This document shows, piece by piece, positions 1-9,902 of a DNA stretch of 51,775 nt. The stretch comes from an uncultured Alphaproteobacteria bacterium (GTDB taxonomy: Bacteria > Pseudomonadota > Alphaproteobacteria > HIMB59 > GCA-002718135), in the NCBI GenBank assembly GCA_902512415.1, contig CABXJB010000003.1, positions 1 through 51,775 on the forward strand, written 5' to 3'. The notes beneath the pieces are model-generated. The model saw only the letters and a list, made by a program, of their open reading frames with translations, ran no database searches and was not told the DNA's origin. The position numbers and the translations under genes are program-made. Numbering within the stretch: position 1 is the first letter of the stretch; each line of letters starts with the position of its first letter.

Positions 1-1
1 T

Positions 2-619
2 TTCAAACCTAATGCTGGTCAAATATGTGTTGCAATGTCTAGAGTGATTGTCCATCCAAAAGTAAAAGATGAGTATATGACTAAACTTGTAGATAAAACA
101 AAAAAATTAAAAATTGGTTCAGGGGATAACAAAGATACAGAAGTAACGCCTTTAATATCTTCTGAGCAGTTACAAAGAGTTTCTAACTATGTGAAGTCAG
201 GCATACAATCTGGAGCTACTATAAGTATTGGAGGAGATAAATCTGATGTTGGAGAGGGTAATTTCTACAAACCAACTATTTTTGATAACGTCAAAACAGA
301 TGCTACGATTGCACAAGAAGAAATATTCGGACCAGTAACTTCGATATTTGATTTTAATGATGAAGAAGAAGCCATAAGTATTGCTAATTCAACAAAGTAT
401 GGATTAGCATCTGGAGTTTTTACTGCTGATGATCAAAAAGCAAAATGGACGGCAGATCGAATTCATGCAGGTATTATTTGGCAAAATGATTGGTTTGTGG
501 ATGGTGTAAATTTACCAGGTGGCGGATACAAAAGATCAGGCTACGGGAGAGATGGTGGTATAGATGGAATATATAGCCATGGTCAGACCAAAAGAATTAG
601 TAAAAGATTAAATAATTGA
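2..619 (+). CDS. Aldehyde dehydrogenase family protein (5'-truncated by window start)
   Basis: The frame is open upstream of the listed ATG(35) to the window edge and reads FKPNAGQICVAM (catalytic Cys motif). EEIFGPV and GGYKRSGYGRD ALDH motifs are present. Confidence 0.93.
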   Translation, partial: FKPNAGQICVAMSRVIVHPKVKDEYMTKLVDKTKKLKIGSGDNKDTEVTPLISSEQLQRVSNYVKSGIQSGATISIGGDKSDVGEGNFYKPTIFDNVKTDATIAQEEIFGPVTSIFDFNDEEEAISIANSTKYGLASGVFTADDQKAKWTADRIHAGIIWQNDWFVDGVNLPGGGYKRSGYGRDGGIDGIYSHGQTKRISKRLNN

Positions 620-661
620 TCTAGATCAAATATTTTTATAAATTAATATTTTATTGAAAAG

Positions 662-690
662 TTGACATTTGAACCTAAATTAAGTTTAAT
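662..690 (+). promoter_or_regulatory. Sigma70-like promoter of the first sugar ABC operon
   Basis: TTGACA (662-667), 17-nt spacer, TTTAAT (685-690). SD GGAGG lies before ATG 719. Confidence 0.6.
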
Positions 691-718
691 TTACCATTAA
701 TTCACAAGGGAGGAAAAA

Positions 719-1708
719 ATGAAAACTTTAAAAATTTTAATTTCTTCATTAATTTTTATATCTTTTACTTCGCCTGCTTTTTCTATTGGAACAGACCTGG
801 GTGATAACTGGTGTAAAGATGTCAGAATTCACTTTTTTGCAGGTGGTGCAGAAGGTGATGGTTTTGCTGGTATTGTACAAGCTGGAGCAGAAAATGCGAT
901 TAGAGATACAGGTGCTGATGCGGAAATCTTATACTCTGAATGGCAATCTGATAGAATGATACAGCAACTTAGAGAAGCTATTGGTGCAGGTGTTGACGGA
1001 ATTGCAATGATGGGTCATCCAGGTGACGAAGCAATTATGCCTTTGGCACAAGCTGCAAGCGAAGCTGGTATTTTAATGATGTATCAAAATGTTGACGTGC
1101 CATCCGTTAGAGCAACATATGGTGGAGGTTATGTAGGTGCTAACTTAGCAACTCAAGGATATGCTCTTGGTTTAGAAGCTATAAGAGTATTTGATCTTAA
1201 GCCAGGTGATGATGCAATAGTGATGGTTCCAATTGGTGACTATTCTAGAGCTCAAAGAGAAGATAATGTAAGAATAGCATTTGAAGAACATGGAATGAAT
1301 GTTGTAGTTTTAGACGGAACACCTGAACAAGCTACAGATCCTAATTCTGCTATACCTGTAATATCTGCAGCTTTAGTTGGTAACCCTAATACTAAGATAT
1401 TAGTTCATCCCGGCGGTCAAATGTTAGGTAATGCTGAAACATTTGCAATGGCAGCTGGGTACGGTCCTAATGAACTATTACAAATTGGATTTGATACTAG
1501 CCCTCAGGTTATGTCAGGTTTTGTAAATGGATACGCGCATTTGACTTCAGATCAACAACCATTTCTGCAAGGTTACTTGCCAATACTTTCTTTATGTCAA
1601 ATGAAGGTTTTAGGAACAGGTGCAATTAATCAAGATACTGGTGCAGGATTTGTTACAACTGAAAATTATGAATCTGTAATGGATCTTGCTAACGCAGGCC
1701 TAAGATAA
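719..1708 (+). CDS. Sugar/polyol ABC transporter substrate-binding protein (RbsB-like, type I PBP)
   Basis: Signal peptide, GVDGI, IGFD and DQQPFLQGY motifs. Followed by an ATPase and a permease. Confidence 0.9.
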   Translation: MKTLKILISSLIFISFTSPAFSIGTDLGDNWCKDVRIHFFAGGAEGDGFAGIVQAGAENAIRDTGADAEILYSEWQSDRMIQQLREAIGAGVDGIAMMGHPGDEAIMPLAQAASEAGILMMYQNVDVPSVRATYGGGYVGANLATQGYALGLEAIRVFDLKPGDDAIVMVPIGDYSRAQREDNVRIAFEEHGMNVVVLDGTPEQATDPNSAIPVISAALVGNPNTKILVHPGGQMLGNAETFAMAAGYGPNELLQIGFDTSPQVMSGFVNGYAHLTSDQQPFLQGYLPILSLCQMKVLGTGAINQDTGAGFVTTENYESVMDLANAGLR

Positions 1709-1721
1709 TCATAAATAATTT

Positions 1722-1748
1722 TTAACTGGCCTATATTAGGCCAGTTAA
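1722..1748 (+). terminator. Stem-loop after SBP gene (partial terminator or mRNA stabiliser)
   Basis: 12-bp inverted repeat TTAACTGGCCTA-tat-TAGGCCAGTTAA. Confidence 0.7.
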
Positions 1749-1762
1749 TTTCTTGAGAAATT

Positions 1763-2515
1763 ATGGAACCAATTATTGAGTTAAAAAATGTTACAAAGAA
1801 GTTTGGTGGTATCACAGCACTAGACTCTGCTTCATTGCATGTAGATAAAGGTGAAGTTGTTGGTTTGATTGGTGATAATGGTGCTGGAAAATCCACTTTG
1901 ATAAAAACATTAGTTGGAGTTTATAAACCAGATAACGGTGAAATTATAATAAAAGGAAAAAAGGTAAATAATTGGAATACTAAAAAAGCAAGAGAAGCAA
2001 AAATTGAAACAGTTTTTCAAGACAGGGCTCTTACCCCGCAACAATCGATTGTATGGAATATTTTTATGGGTAAAGAACTTAGGCATCCATTTGGTTTTAT
2101 AAAAGTAAAAGAACAAATAAAAGAAGCAAACAAAATAATTAGAGAAATAGGATTTACTTCAAACTTAATTGATGCAAATTCTCCAGTGGGCAACCTATCT
2201 GGAGGAGAAAGACAAGGAGTGGCTATTGCAAGAGCAATTTATAATGATGCTGATTTAATTATTTTAGATGAACCTACAACGGCATTATCTCTTATTGAAA
2301 CTCAGAAAGTATTTGATTTTGTTAATAACGTTAAAGCAAAAGGAAGGTCAGTTCTTTTTATAGGACATAACATATTTCATGTTTTCGACATATCAGACAG
2401 GTTTATTATTTTAGACCGAGGACAGGTAATTCATAAACTAGATAAGAATGATGTTAAAACTCCAGAAGAATTAATAAAAGTAATGAAAGATACAGTGATT
2501 GGAGGAAAAAATTAA
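1763..2515 (+). CDS. Monosaccharide ABC transporter ATP-binding protein
   Basis: Walker A GDNGAGKST, signature LSGGERQ, Walker B IILDEPT. Confidence 0.95.
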   Translation: MEPIIELKNVTKKFGGITALDSASLHVDKGEVVGLIGDNGAGKSTLIKTLVGVYKPDNGEIIIKGKKVNNWNTKKAREAKIETVFQDRALTPQQSIVWNIFMGKELRHPFGFIKVKEQIKEANKIIREIGFTSNLIDANSPVGNLSGGERQGVAIARAIYNDADLIILDEPTTALSLIETQKVFDFVNNVKAKGRSVLFIGHNIFHVFDISDRFIILDRGQVIHKLDKNDVKTPEELIKVMKDTVIGGKN

Positions 2516-3490
2516 ATGAAAGCAAAAACTGGCTTAACATCTTATCTTGCTGATAATAGCAGACCACTAAGTAGTTTTTTTTATTTTGCTTTTATAATGA
2601 CTATTTTTTTTGTAGCTGCTCCTGAAGTTTTTTTTGCTCCAAAATTCCATCAGGCGGTAATGACAACTCTTCCTATGATAATCTTCCTTGTTATACCTCT
2701 TGTTTTTGTTGTAACAATGGGTGAAATAGATCTCTCATTTGCTTCAATTTTTGGTTTTGCCGCTTGGGTATTTGCGGGATCAATAAAATATCTTGGCTTT
2801 GATCCATTTTTAGGTTTGTTAGTTGGAATAGCTGGTGGTGCTGGACTTGGAATATTTATGGGTTGTTTAGTTGTTTATGGAAGAATTTCATCACTAGTAG
2901 CTTCATTAGGAGCTTTATTTTTAATTAGAGGATTTTTGTTTGTTGTTAGTGATAGTAAATCAATTACAATCATCGCAATTAGAGAGCATTGGATGTACCC
3001 GTTATTAGTTGGTAAATTTTATGGCTTTCCCATGCAAATATTTTGGGCTGCAATATTTGTAGTAATAGCCTATTATTTATATCATCGTCATGTTTTTGGA
3101 ATTCACGTACATCATGTTGGTGACAATCCTGATAGCGCCGCTCAAATGGGAGTCAATGTAGATTTAACAAGAATATTTTGTTTTATGTATTGTGGGATAG
3201 GAGCTGGAATAGCAGGGATTTTCTCTACATTAATAAATTTCACATGGTGGCCAACACAAGGATTTGGTTTCTTATTACTTGCTATAGCCGGAGTATTTGT
3301 AGGAGGAACTCCTACCTGGGGTGGGGTAGGAACAATATTTGGAGCAGTTTTTGGATCAGGAGTTATTGCTTACATGGAAACTGGGATAGTCGCAATGGGC
3401 TGGAGTGGTTTATGGCGACAATTTTTCAATGGATTAATTATTATTCTTGCTTTACTTGGACATAGATTTCACGGAAATAGAATTCGATAG
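2516..3490 (+). CDS. Monosaccharide ABC transporter permease (RbsC family)
   Basis: Multi-TM protein with GEIDLS, VGDNPDSAAQMGV and VFVGGTPTWGGVGT motifs. Confidence 0.93.
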   Translation: MKAKTGLTSYLADNSRPLSSFFYFAFIMTIFFVAAPEVFFAPKFHQAVMTTLPMIIFLVIPLVFVVTMGEIDLSFASIFGFAAWVFAGSIKYLGFDPFLGLLVGIAGGAGLGIFMGCLVVYGRISSLVASLGALFLIRGFLFVVSDSKSITIIAIREHWMYPLLVGKFYGFPMQIFWAAIFVVIAYYLYHRHVFGIHVHHVGDNPDSAAQMGVNVDLTRIFCFMYCGIGAGIAGIFSTLINFTWWPTQGFGFLLLAIAGVFVGGTPTWGGVGTIFGAVFGSGVIAYMETGIVAMGWSGLWRQFFNGLIIILALLGHRFHGNRIR

Positions 3491-3495
3491 TTTTT

Positions 3496-4281
3496 ATGGT
3501 TAATTTAGTGATTTGGAATGAGTTCGTTCATGAACAAGAAGATGAACATGTAAAATCAATATACCCAAAAGGTATTCACGGTTGTATAAAAGATTTTTTA
3601 TCAGATGATAAAGATCTTCAGATTAAAACAGCAACTCTTGAAGAAAAAGACCATGGATTAACTGAAGAACTTCTTGATAAAACTGATGTTTTAATTTGGT
3701 GGGGCCATAAAGCACATCAACTTGTAGAAGACAGAATAGTTGATAGAGTTCAGCAAAGAGTTTTAGAAGGAATGGGACTTCTTGTTCTTCATTCTGGTCA
3801 TCATTCAAAAATTTTCAAAAAGATGATGGGGACAACAGCAAATATTCGGTGGGCTGAAAGAGGTGAGAAAGAAAGAATTTGGGTTTGTAACCCTGGACAC
3901 CCTATTGCTGAAGGATTAGGAGAATATTTTGAAATTGATATGACTGAAATGTATGGTGAACCTTTTCAAGTCCCTGCTCCTGATGAAACAGTTTTTGTTA
4001 GTTGGTTTGAAGGAGGTGAAGTATTTCGTTCTGGTCTTTGTTATAAAAGGGGTAATGGAAAAATTTTTTATTTTAGGCCTGGTCATGAGTCTTATCCTGT
4101 TTATTACAACAAAGATGTACAGAGAGTTATAAAAAATTCTGTTCATTGGGTTTGTCCTGAAAAAACTGCAGGAACTTGGATTGATCGCATAGCTAAAGGC
4201 ATTGATAATATGGAAAGAACAACTCCGGTAGAACCGATAGAAACAAGAGGATACCAAGTAGATCATAATTATAAGAAATGA
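3496..4281 (+). CDS. thuA: Trehalose utilisation protein ThuA
   Basis: WNEFVHE, YPKGIHG, DVLIWWGH, LHSGH, EMYGEPF and FYFRPGHESYP are ThuA-family motifs. Confidence 0.9.
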   Translation: MVNLVIWNEFVHEQEDEHVKSIYPKGIHGCIKDFLSDDKDLQIKTATLEEKDHGLTEELLDKTDVLIWWGHKAHQLVEDRIVDRVQQRVLEGMGLLVLHSGHHSKIFKKMMGTTANIRWAERGEKERIWVCNPGHPIAEGLGEYFEIDMTEMYGEPFQVPAPDETVFVSWFEGGEVFRSGLCYKRGNGKIFYFRPGHESYPVYYNKDVQRVIKNSVHWVCPEKTAGTWIDRIAKGIDNMERTTPVEPIETRGYQVDHNYKK

Positions 4282-5345
4282 TTAAAATTGGTATTGTTGG
4301 TACTGGTGGTATTGCAGATTGGCACGTTACTGAATTCCAAAAAAATAAAAATTCAACAGTTGTTGCTGCATGTGATATTTCATCAGATAGATTAAATGCT
4401 TTCTGTGATAATTTTAATATCAAAGAAAGGTATAATAGTGTTGAAGAATTACTTGATAAAGCAGATATTGATGCTGTAACAAACACAACACCAGATTCTT
4501 TTCATAAAGATATTTCAATTCAAGTAATTAATAAAAATAAACACATTTTTTGTGAAAAACCACTTGCAGAGAATTATCAAGATGCAAAAGAGATGTGCGA
4601 TGCTTTGAAAAATAAAAATTTAGTTAATATGGTTAATTTTAGCTATAGAAATTCTTCAGGTTATCAAGAGCTAGTTAAAACTGTTCAATCAGGAAAGATT
4701 GGGAATATAATTCATATGGATGCAAATTATTACCAATCTTGGCTCTCTTCTAAATATTGGGGTGATTGGAAAACTCAAGACAAATGGCTTTGGAGACTTT
4801 CAACCAATCACGGGAGTATGGGAACTCTTGGTGATATTGGTGTTCATATTTTTGATTTTGCCTCTTTTCCTATTGGGCCAATTAACAAATTAAATGCAAG
4901 ACTAAAAACTTTTCAATCTAAAGGTGAAAAAATAAAAGATTATATTCTTGATGCTAATGATACTTTTATATCTATGATTGAATTTGAAAACGGTGCATTA
5001 GGAACTATTACTTCAACTAGATTTGCTACTGGGTACTCCAATAGACTAGAATTAAGAATTTTTGGAGACAAAGGGGCTGTCAAAATAGAGTTTGATGATC
5101 CATTGACAGAAGGTAATCAATTTATGTTTACCGATGATATTAACCGTGAATTTACAAGTAGAAAAGATAAATTAAAATGGGAAATAATAGAAACAAAACC
5201 AATTATGAATAATTTTGAAAAATTTATTGATTCAATTCTAAATGGAAAAAACCATCAACCGAATTTTATTAGAGGTGCAGAAATTCAAAAAATATTAGAT
5301 AAATGCTCTGAAAGCAGTTTATCAAATTCTTGGGTTGATATTTAA
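4278..5345 (+). CDS. Gfo/Idh/MocA family oxidoreductase (ThuB-like)
   Basis: GTGGIA Rossmann motif, CEKP and GDIGVH. Overlaps thuA by 4 bp. Confidence 0.9.
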   Translation: MIKIGIVGTGGIADWHVTEFQKNKNSTVVAACDISSDRLNAFCDNFNIKERYNSVEELLDKADIDAVTNTTPDSFHKDISIQVINKNKHIFCEKPLAENYQDAKEMCDALKNKNLVNMVNFSYRNSSGYQELVKTVQSGKIGNIIHMDANYYQSWLSSKYWGDWKTQDKWLWRLSTNHGSMGTLGDIGVHIFDFASFPIGPINKLNARLKTFQSKGEKIKDYILDANDTFISMIEFENGALGTITSTRFATGYSNRLELRIFGDKGAVKIEFDDPLTEGNQFMFTDDINREFTSRKDKLKWEIIETKPIMNNFEKFIDSILNGKNHQPNFIRGAEIQKILDKCSESSLSNSWVDI

Positions 5346-5405
5346 TTAACTAAATATAGTAAATTCATCTTTAATTTTATTCATTTCATTATATATTAAA
5401 ATAAA

Positions 5406-6401
5406 ATGTCTGAGAAAATAGATAATGTAGATAGTAAATGGTTCAGGGCCAATATTGATAAAAAAGATCTTAAGAATTTATCACAAAAAAGTGATATTAA
5501 AGGATTTCAACATATAGTTTTATATTTTTTACTCCTTTTCTTTTTTGGTTACATGGCAGTTATAACTTGGGGAACTTGGTGGACAGTTCTTTGGCTATGG
5601 TTATACGGAGTTCTTTTTAATGCTAGCAATCCCATATGGCATGAGTGCGGACATAGAACAGCATTCAAATCAAAAATTTTTAATGAAATATTTTATCAAA
5701 TAGGTTCATTTATGACTGATTTTGAACCAACAAGATGGACATGGAGTCACTTTAGACACCATAGCAATACAGCATCGATTAAAGATCCTCATGACTATGA
5801 AGCAGCGCTTTTTCATGGCTACCCTTCTCTCTTTAGCTTTCTTTTTAGCTTTGTTCCTTTTGCAGAACTTATTAGATTCAAAAATGCATGGAAGTTTGAA
5901 ACAATCAAGCACGCAATTGGGATGACGACTCCAGTAATGAAAGATTGTATACCTCAAAATGAAATATGGAAATGTCGATTAATTTCTAGAATTCATGTTA
6001 GTATATGGATAGCATCTTTTGTATTTTCTTTTTATCTTATGAATCCACTTCCAGCCTTACTTATTTTCTTCCCAAGGTATTGGGGTAATATTGTAGAGTT
6101 ATTTAATCTAACTCAACATATTGGGTTACCCGAAGATATTAAGGATCACAGATATACTACTCGATCTGTAAAGTTTAATCCTATTTTTAGTTTTCTTTAT
6201 TGGCATATGGAATATCATGTAGAACATCACATGTTTCCATCTGTTCCTTCTTACAATCTCAATAAACTTAACAAGCTAATTAAAGATCAACTTCCAAAAC
6301 CTAATAAAAGTTTATTTGATGCCTACAAAGAAATAATTCCTACAGTTATTAAACAGCATAAAGATAATAATTTTTATATAACTAAAGAAATTCCATCATA
6401 A
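5406..6401 (+). CDS. Membrane di-iron desaturase/hydroxylase family protein (MocD-like)
   Basis: His boxes HECGH, HFRHH and HVEHH, TM segments, and a TQHIGL...TTRSV...FLYWHMEYH block as in MocD-like proteins. Confidence 0.85.
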   Translation: MSEKIDNVDSKWFRANIDKKDLKNLSQKSDIKGFQHIVLYFLLLFFFGYMAVITWGTWWTVLWLWLYGVLFNASNPIWHECGHRTAFKSKIFNEIFYQIGSFMTDFEPTRWTWSHFRHHSNTASIKDPHDYEAALFHGYPSLFSFLFSFVPFAELIRFKNAWKFETIKHAIGMTTPVMKDCIPQNEIWKCRLISRIHVSIWIASFVFSFYLMNPLPALLIFFPRYWGNIVELFNLTQHIGLPEDIKDHRYTTRSVKFNPIFSFLYWHMEYHVEHHMFPSVPSYNLNKLNKLIKDQLPKPNKSLFDAYKEIIPTVIKQHKDNNFYITKEIPS

Positions 6402-6414
6402 AGAAGAATTTGCT

Positions 6415-7428
6415 TTAAATATTTAATACTGAACCTCTGTCTATAATTTCTGCTTTTGCTAGATAATTTTTATCTTTAATATTTAATTTTTTATCCATTA
6501 AGATACGGACAGCATTATAACCGAGATCATCATTTGGATGTGAAATTGAAGTCAATTCTGGATGAATTAAATTGCTTACTATCAAGCTGTCATAAGTGAT
6601 TATAGATAAATCTTTACCTATTTTTATATTCATTTTGCTACAAGCTTTTATCGCCCCTGCAGCAATATATTCAGTACAACAAATTAAAGCAGTAATTTTT
6701 TTTTGTTTTTTTAATAATTTAATAATGACATCTCTGCTAATTTCAGGATCATTTCTTTCTATTTCAAAATAGTAATTTTTATTTATCTTTTGGTTCTTTT
6801 CTTTTAAAAAATCAAAATAAGCCTCCATTCTTTGATAAGCAAAATTGAATTTTTTATTTATATTAATAAAAGCTATCTCTTTATGATTTTTTTTAATCAA
6901 ATGTTCTAATATTATTTTCATACTTTGATGGTTGTCAAGATCAACCCAAGCATAATTTTTTAGATTTTGAGTTCTTCCCCAAGCAATAAAATTAATGTTA
7001 TGTTTTTTTAAAAGCGGTATTCTCTTATCTTTAATTGCTAAATCTCTTATTATTATATTCTTTACTTTTAATTCAATTATTAATTTTTTATAAGCATCCA
7101 TCTCTTCTTTTTCACTTTTTACTAATAGCATTGAAAATTGAATATTTTCTTCATCCATTGCATTTTTCATGCCTGATAAAAATTGAATAAAAGAAGTATG
7201 ATTGAGAGGTGAATAATTTAATCCATATAAAGGAATAACGATGCCTAAGTTATTGGGATTTCTTGATGCCAATCCTGATGCAAAAGGGTTAGGCTTATAA
7301 TTGTATTTTTTTGCATATTTTCTTATTTTTTCTTTAGTTTTCTGACTTACATCTAAATGATTGTGCAGCCCTCTGGATACAGTTGTGATCGATAAATTAA
7401 GCTTCTTTGCTAATTCTTTAATATTCAT
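6415..7428 (-). CDS. LacI family transcriptional regulator (AglR-like)
   Basis: HTH MNIKELAKKLNLSITTVSRGL, YKPN hinge and RGS C-terminus. Start moved to ATG 7428. Divergent from aglE. Confidence 0.92.
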   Translation of the reverse strand: MNIKELAKKLNLSITTVSRGLHNHLDVSQKTKEKIRKYAKKYNYKPNPFASGLASRNPNNLGIVIPLYGLNYSPLNHTSFIQFLSGMKNAMDEENIQFSMLLVKSEKEEMDAYKKLIIELKVKNIIIRDLAIKDKRIPLLKKHNINFIAWGRTQNLKNYAWVDLDNHQSMKIILEHLIKKNHKEIAFININKKFNFAYQRMEAYFDFLKEKNQKINKNYYFEIERNDPEISRDVIIKLLKKQKKITALICCTEYIAAGAIKACSKMNIKIGKDLSIITYDSLIVSNLIHPELTSISHPNDDLGYNAVRILMDKKLNIKDKNYLAKAEIIDRGSVLNI

Positions 7429-7488
7429 AAAAAAAACTAAATATCCTACAATTATACATTTTACAACCAATCCTACTATTTAAAATGA

Positions 7489-7510
7489 TTGACAACCAAA
7501 ACGTTTTGGT
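7489..7510 (+). promoter_or_regulatory. -35 element plus LacI-type operator upstream of aglE
   Basis: TTGACA (7489-7494) is immediately followed by a perfect 16-bp palindrome ACCAAAACGTTTTGGT (7495-7510) with a central CG. Confidence 0.8.
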
Positions 7511-7545
7511 AAATTATTAATATATAATTATTATCGAGGGGAAAA

Positions 7546-8853
7546 ATGAAAAATATTATTAATACGATAATTGTTACCTTCGCTTCTTTTTTTATAAGTT
7601 TTTCTGTTTTTGCAGGTGGTACTTATAGTGGCCCAGATCTAAGTGGACAAAAGGTAGTAATGTTTGGTCCATGGTTATCGCCAGAGCAAGAAATTATGAG
7701 AGAAGTAGGTGCAATTTTTGAAAAAGCTACAGGCGCTACTTTTGAATATGGTGGTTCTGATAGTTTTGAACAACAAGTTATGATTGATCTTAAAGCAGGA
7801 AGTGCTGCAGATTTAGTTGTGTTTCCACAACCAGGTCTTGCTGCCAATGCTGCTGCTATGGGCGGTCTTGTACCTTTAGGAAATGATATAAGACAAATGG
7901 TTTTAGATAACTATGCTGCTGGTCAATCTTGGATTGATCTTTCAACTTATAAAGATGCTAATGGTTATAGTCAGTTTAATGCTATTTTCTTTAGAACTAA
8001 TGTTAAAAGTTTGGTTTGGTATTCACCTGATAACTTTGAAGATAATGGCTATGAAGTTCCTACTACAATGGAAGACTTAATTGCTTTATCTGACCAAATG
8101 GTAGCAGATGGAAATACTCCATGGTGTATAGGTTTGGGATCAGGTGCCGCTACAGGTTGGCCTGCAACTGATTGGATGGAAGATATTATGCTTAGAACTC
8201 ATGCACCTGATGTTTATGACATGTGGGTATCAAATGAAATGCCATTTAATGACCCTAGAGTTCTTGAAGCAATGGATTTCTTTGGTTCAATTGCTTTAAA
8301 TGATGACTATGTAAATGGTGGATCAAAAGCAGTTGCAACAACTGATTTTAGAGATGCACCTAACGGTCTATTTACATCTCCTGCAGAATGCATGATGCAT
8401 CGACAAGCTAGCTTTATTCCTGCCTTCTTTCCTGAAGGAGTAGAAGCTGGTGTTGATTATGACTTCTTTTACTTTCCTGCATTTTCAACAAAAAATCTTG
8501 GAACTCCAGTTCTTGGAGCCGGTACATTGGTAGGTGCTACTAATTCTAATCCTGCTACTCTAGAGTTCATTAGGTTCTTAATGCATCCAGAACCACATGA
8601 GTATTGGATGGCTAAAGGTGGATTTTTAACTCCTCATAAAGGTGTTGATGGTAGTAAATATGCTAGTGATACCTTTAGAAAACTAGGTGAAATTCTAACA
8701 GGGGCAACAACTTTTAGATTTGACGCTTCAGATTTAATGCCTGGCGCAATTGGCGCAGGTACTTTCTGGACTGGCATGGTTGATTATACAAATGGTAAAT
8801 CAGCTAAAGAAGTTGCAAATTCAATACAAGATAGCTGGGACGCTATCAAATAA
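7546..8853 (+). CDS. aglE: Alpha-glucoside ABC transporter substrate-binding protein (AglE/GgtB-like)
   Basis: Signal peptide, PQPGL, KSLVWY, PWCIGLGSGAATGWPATDW and FRFDASDLMP motifs. Confidence 0.88.
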   Translation: MKNIINTIIVTFASFFISFSVFAGGTYSGPDLSGQKVVMFGPWLSPEQEIMREVGAIFEKATGATFEYGGSDSFEQQVMIDLKAGSAADLVVFPQPGLAANAAAMGGLVPLGNDIRQMVLDNYAAGQSWIDLSTYKDANGYSQFNAIFFRTNVKSLVWYSPDNFEDNGYEVPTTMEDLIALSDQMVADGNTPWCIGLGSGAATGWPATDWMEDIMLRTHAPDVYDMWVSNEMPFNDPRVLEAMDFFGSIALNDDYVNGGSKAVATTDFRDAPNGLFTSPAECMMHRQASFIPAFFPEGVEAGVDYDFFYFPAFSTKNLGTPVLGAGTLVGATNSNPATLEFIRFLMHPEPHEYWMAKGGFLTPHKGVDGSKYASDTFRKLGEILTGATTFRFDASDLMPGAIGAGTFWTGMVDYTNGKSAKEVANSIQDSWDAIK

Positions 8854-8866
8854 TTTACCTCCAATA

Positions 8867-8893
8867 AAGGCGAACAATTATCTTGTTCGCCTT
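8867..8893 (+). terminator. Stem-loop after aglE
   Basis: 11-bp inverted repeat AAGGCGAACAA-ttatc-TTGTTCGCCTT followed by a T-rich tract. Confidence 0.75.
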
Positions 8894-8918
8894 AAACTTT
8901 TTATATATTTATTTTTAA

Positions 8919-9902
8919 GTGAGTATCCTCGATATATCATTGATTGTTTGTTTAGGTATTGTATCCTTTATTTTATATTTTCATATATCAAATTATATTT
9001 TAGATTTTTTTGGTAATAATAATCTGAAAAGAATTAAATTTGAAAATTCTATTAGAGTTTTAATATTTATTGCTCCTGCTTGTATTATTTTATTTATTTT
9101 TATTTTATATCCAGTGTTTGAAACAATAAGGCTAAGTTTTTATGATAAATTTGGAAGAGAGTTTGTTGGACTTTACAATTACAATTGGGCTGTAAATGAT
9201 CCTGAATTTAAAAGAAGTATTTTTAATAACCTAGCTTGGTTATTAGTAGTCCCTACATTAAGTACATTTTTTGGTCTAATCATTGCCAACCTAGCAGATA
9301 GAATTTGGTGGGGATCAATTGCTAAATCAATAATTTTTATGCCGATGGCAATATCCTTTGTTGGAGCAGGCGTCATTTGGAAATTTATTTATGAATATAG
9401 AGGGCCAGGTGATACACAAATTGGATTATTAAATGCAGTTATAGTATCTTTTGGTTATGAACCACAAGCTTGGTTAACTATTCCAATTTGGAATAACTTT
9501 TTTTTAATGGCTATAATGATTTGGATTCAAACTGGCTTAGCTCTAGTTATTTTTAGTGCAGCACTAAGAGGGATACCAAAAGAGATGATTGAAGCAGCAA
9601 GAATAGATGGGGCAAGTGAATTGAAAATTTTTTTTTCCATAATTATTCCATTTTTAGAACAAACCATTTTAGTAATTTGGACTATTATTACAATTCTTGT
9701 TCTTAAAATATTTGATATCATTTTTGCTATGACCAATGGTGAATGGCAAACAGGTGTTTTGGCAAATTTAATGTATGATTGGATGTTTAGAGGCGGAGGT
9801 GATTCAGGTCGAGGTAGCGTGCTTGCTATTGTAATAATGATAGGAGTTTTTCCAATTATGGCTTGGAATATTTATAAACATAAACAAGAACAAAAAATTT
9901 AA
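8919..9902 (+). CDS. aglF: Alpha-glucoside ABC transporter permease (MalF-type)
   Basis: KSIIFMPMAISFVGAGVIWKFIY and EAARIDGA loop. GTG start. Confidence 0.88.
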   Translation: MSILDISLIVCLGIVSFILYFHISNYILDFFGNNNLKRIKFENSIRVLIFIAPACIILFIFILYPVFETIRLSFYDKFGREFVGLYNYNWAVNDPEFKRSIFNNLAWLLVVPTLSTFFGLIIANLADRIWWGSIAKSIIFMPMAISFVGAGVIWKFIYEYRGPGDTQIGLLNAVIVSFGYEPQAWLTIPIWNNFFLMAIMIWIQTGLALVIFSAALRGIPKEMIEAARIDGASELKIFFSIIIPFLEQTILVIWTIITILVLKIFDIIFAMTNGEWQTGVLANLMYDWMFRGGGDSGRGSVLAIVIMIGVFPIMAWNIYKHKQEQKI

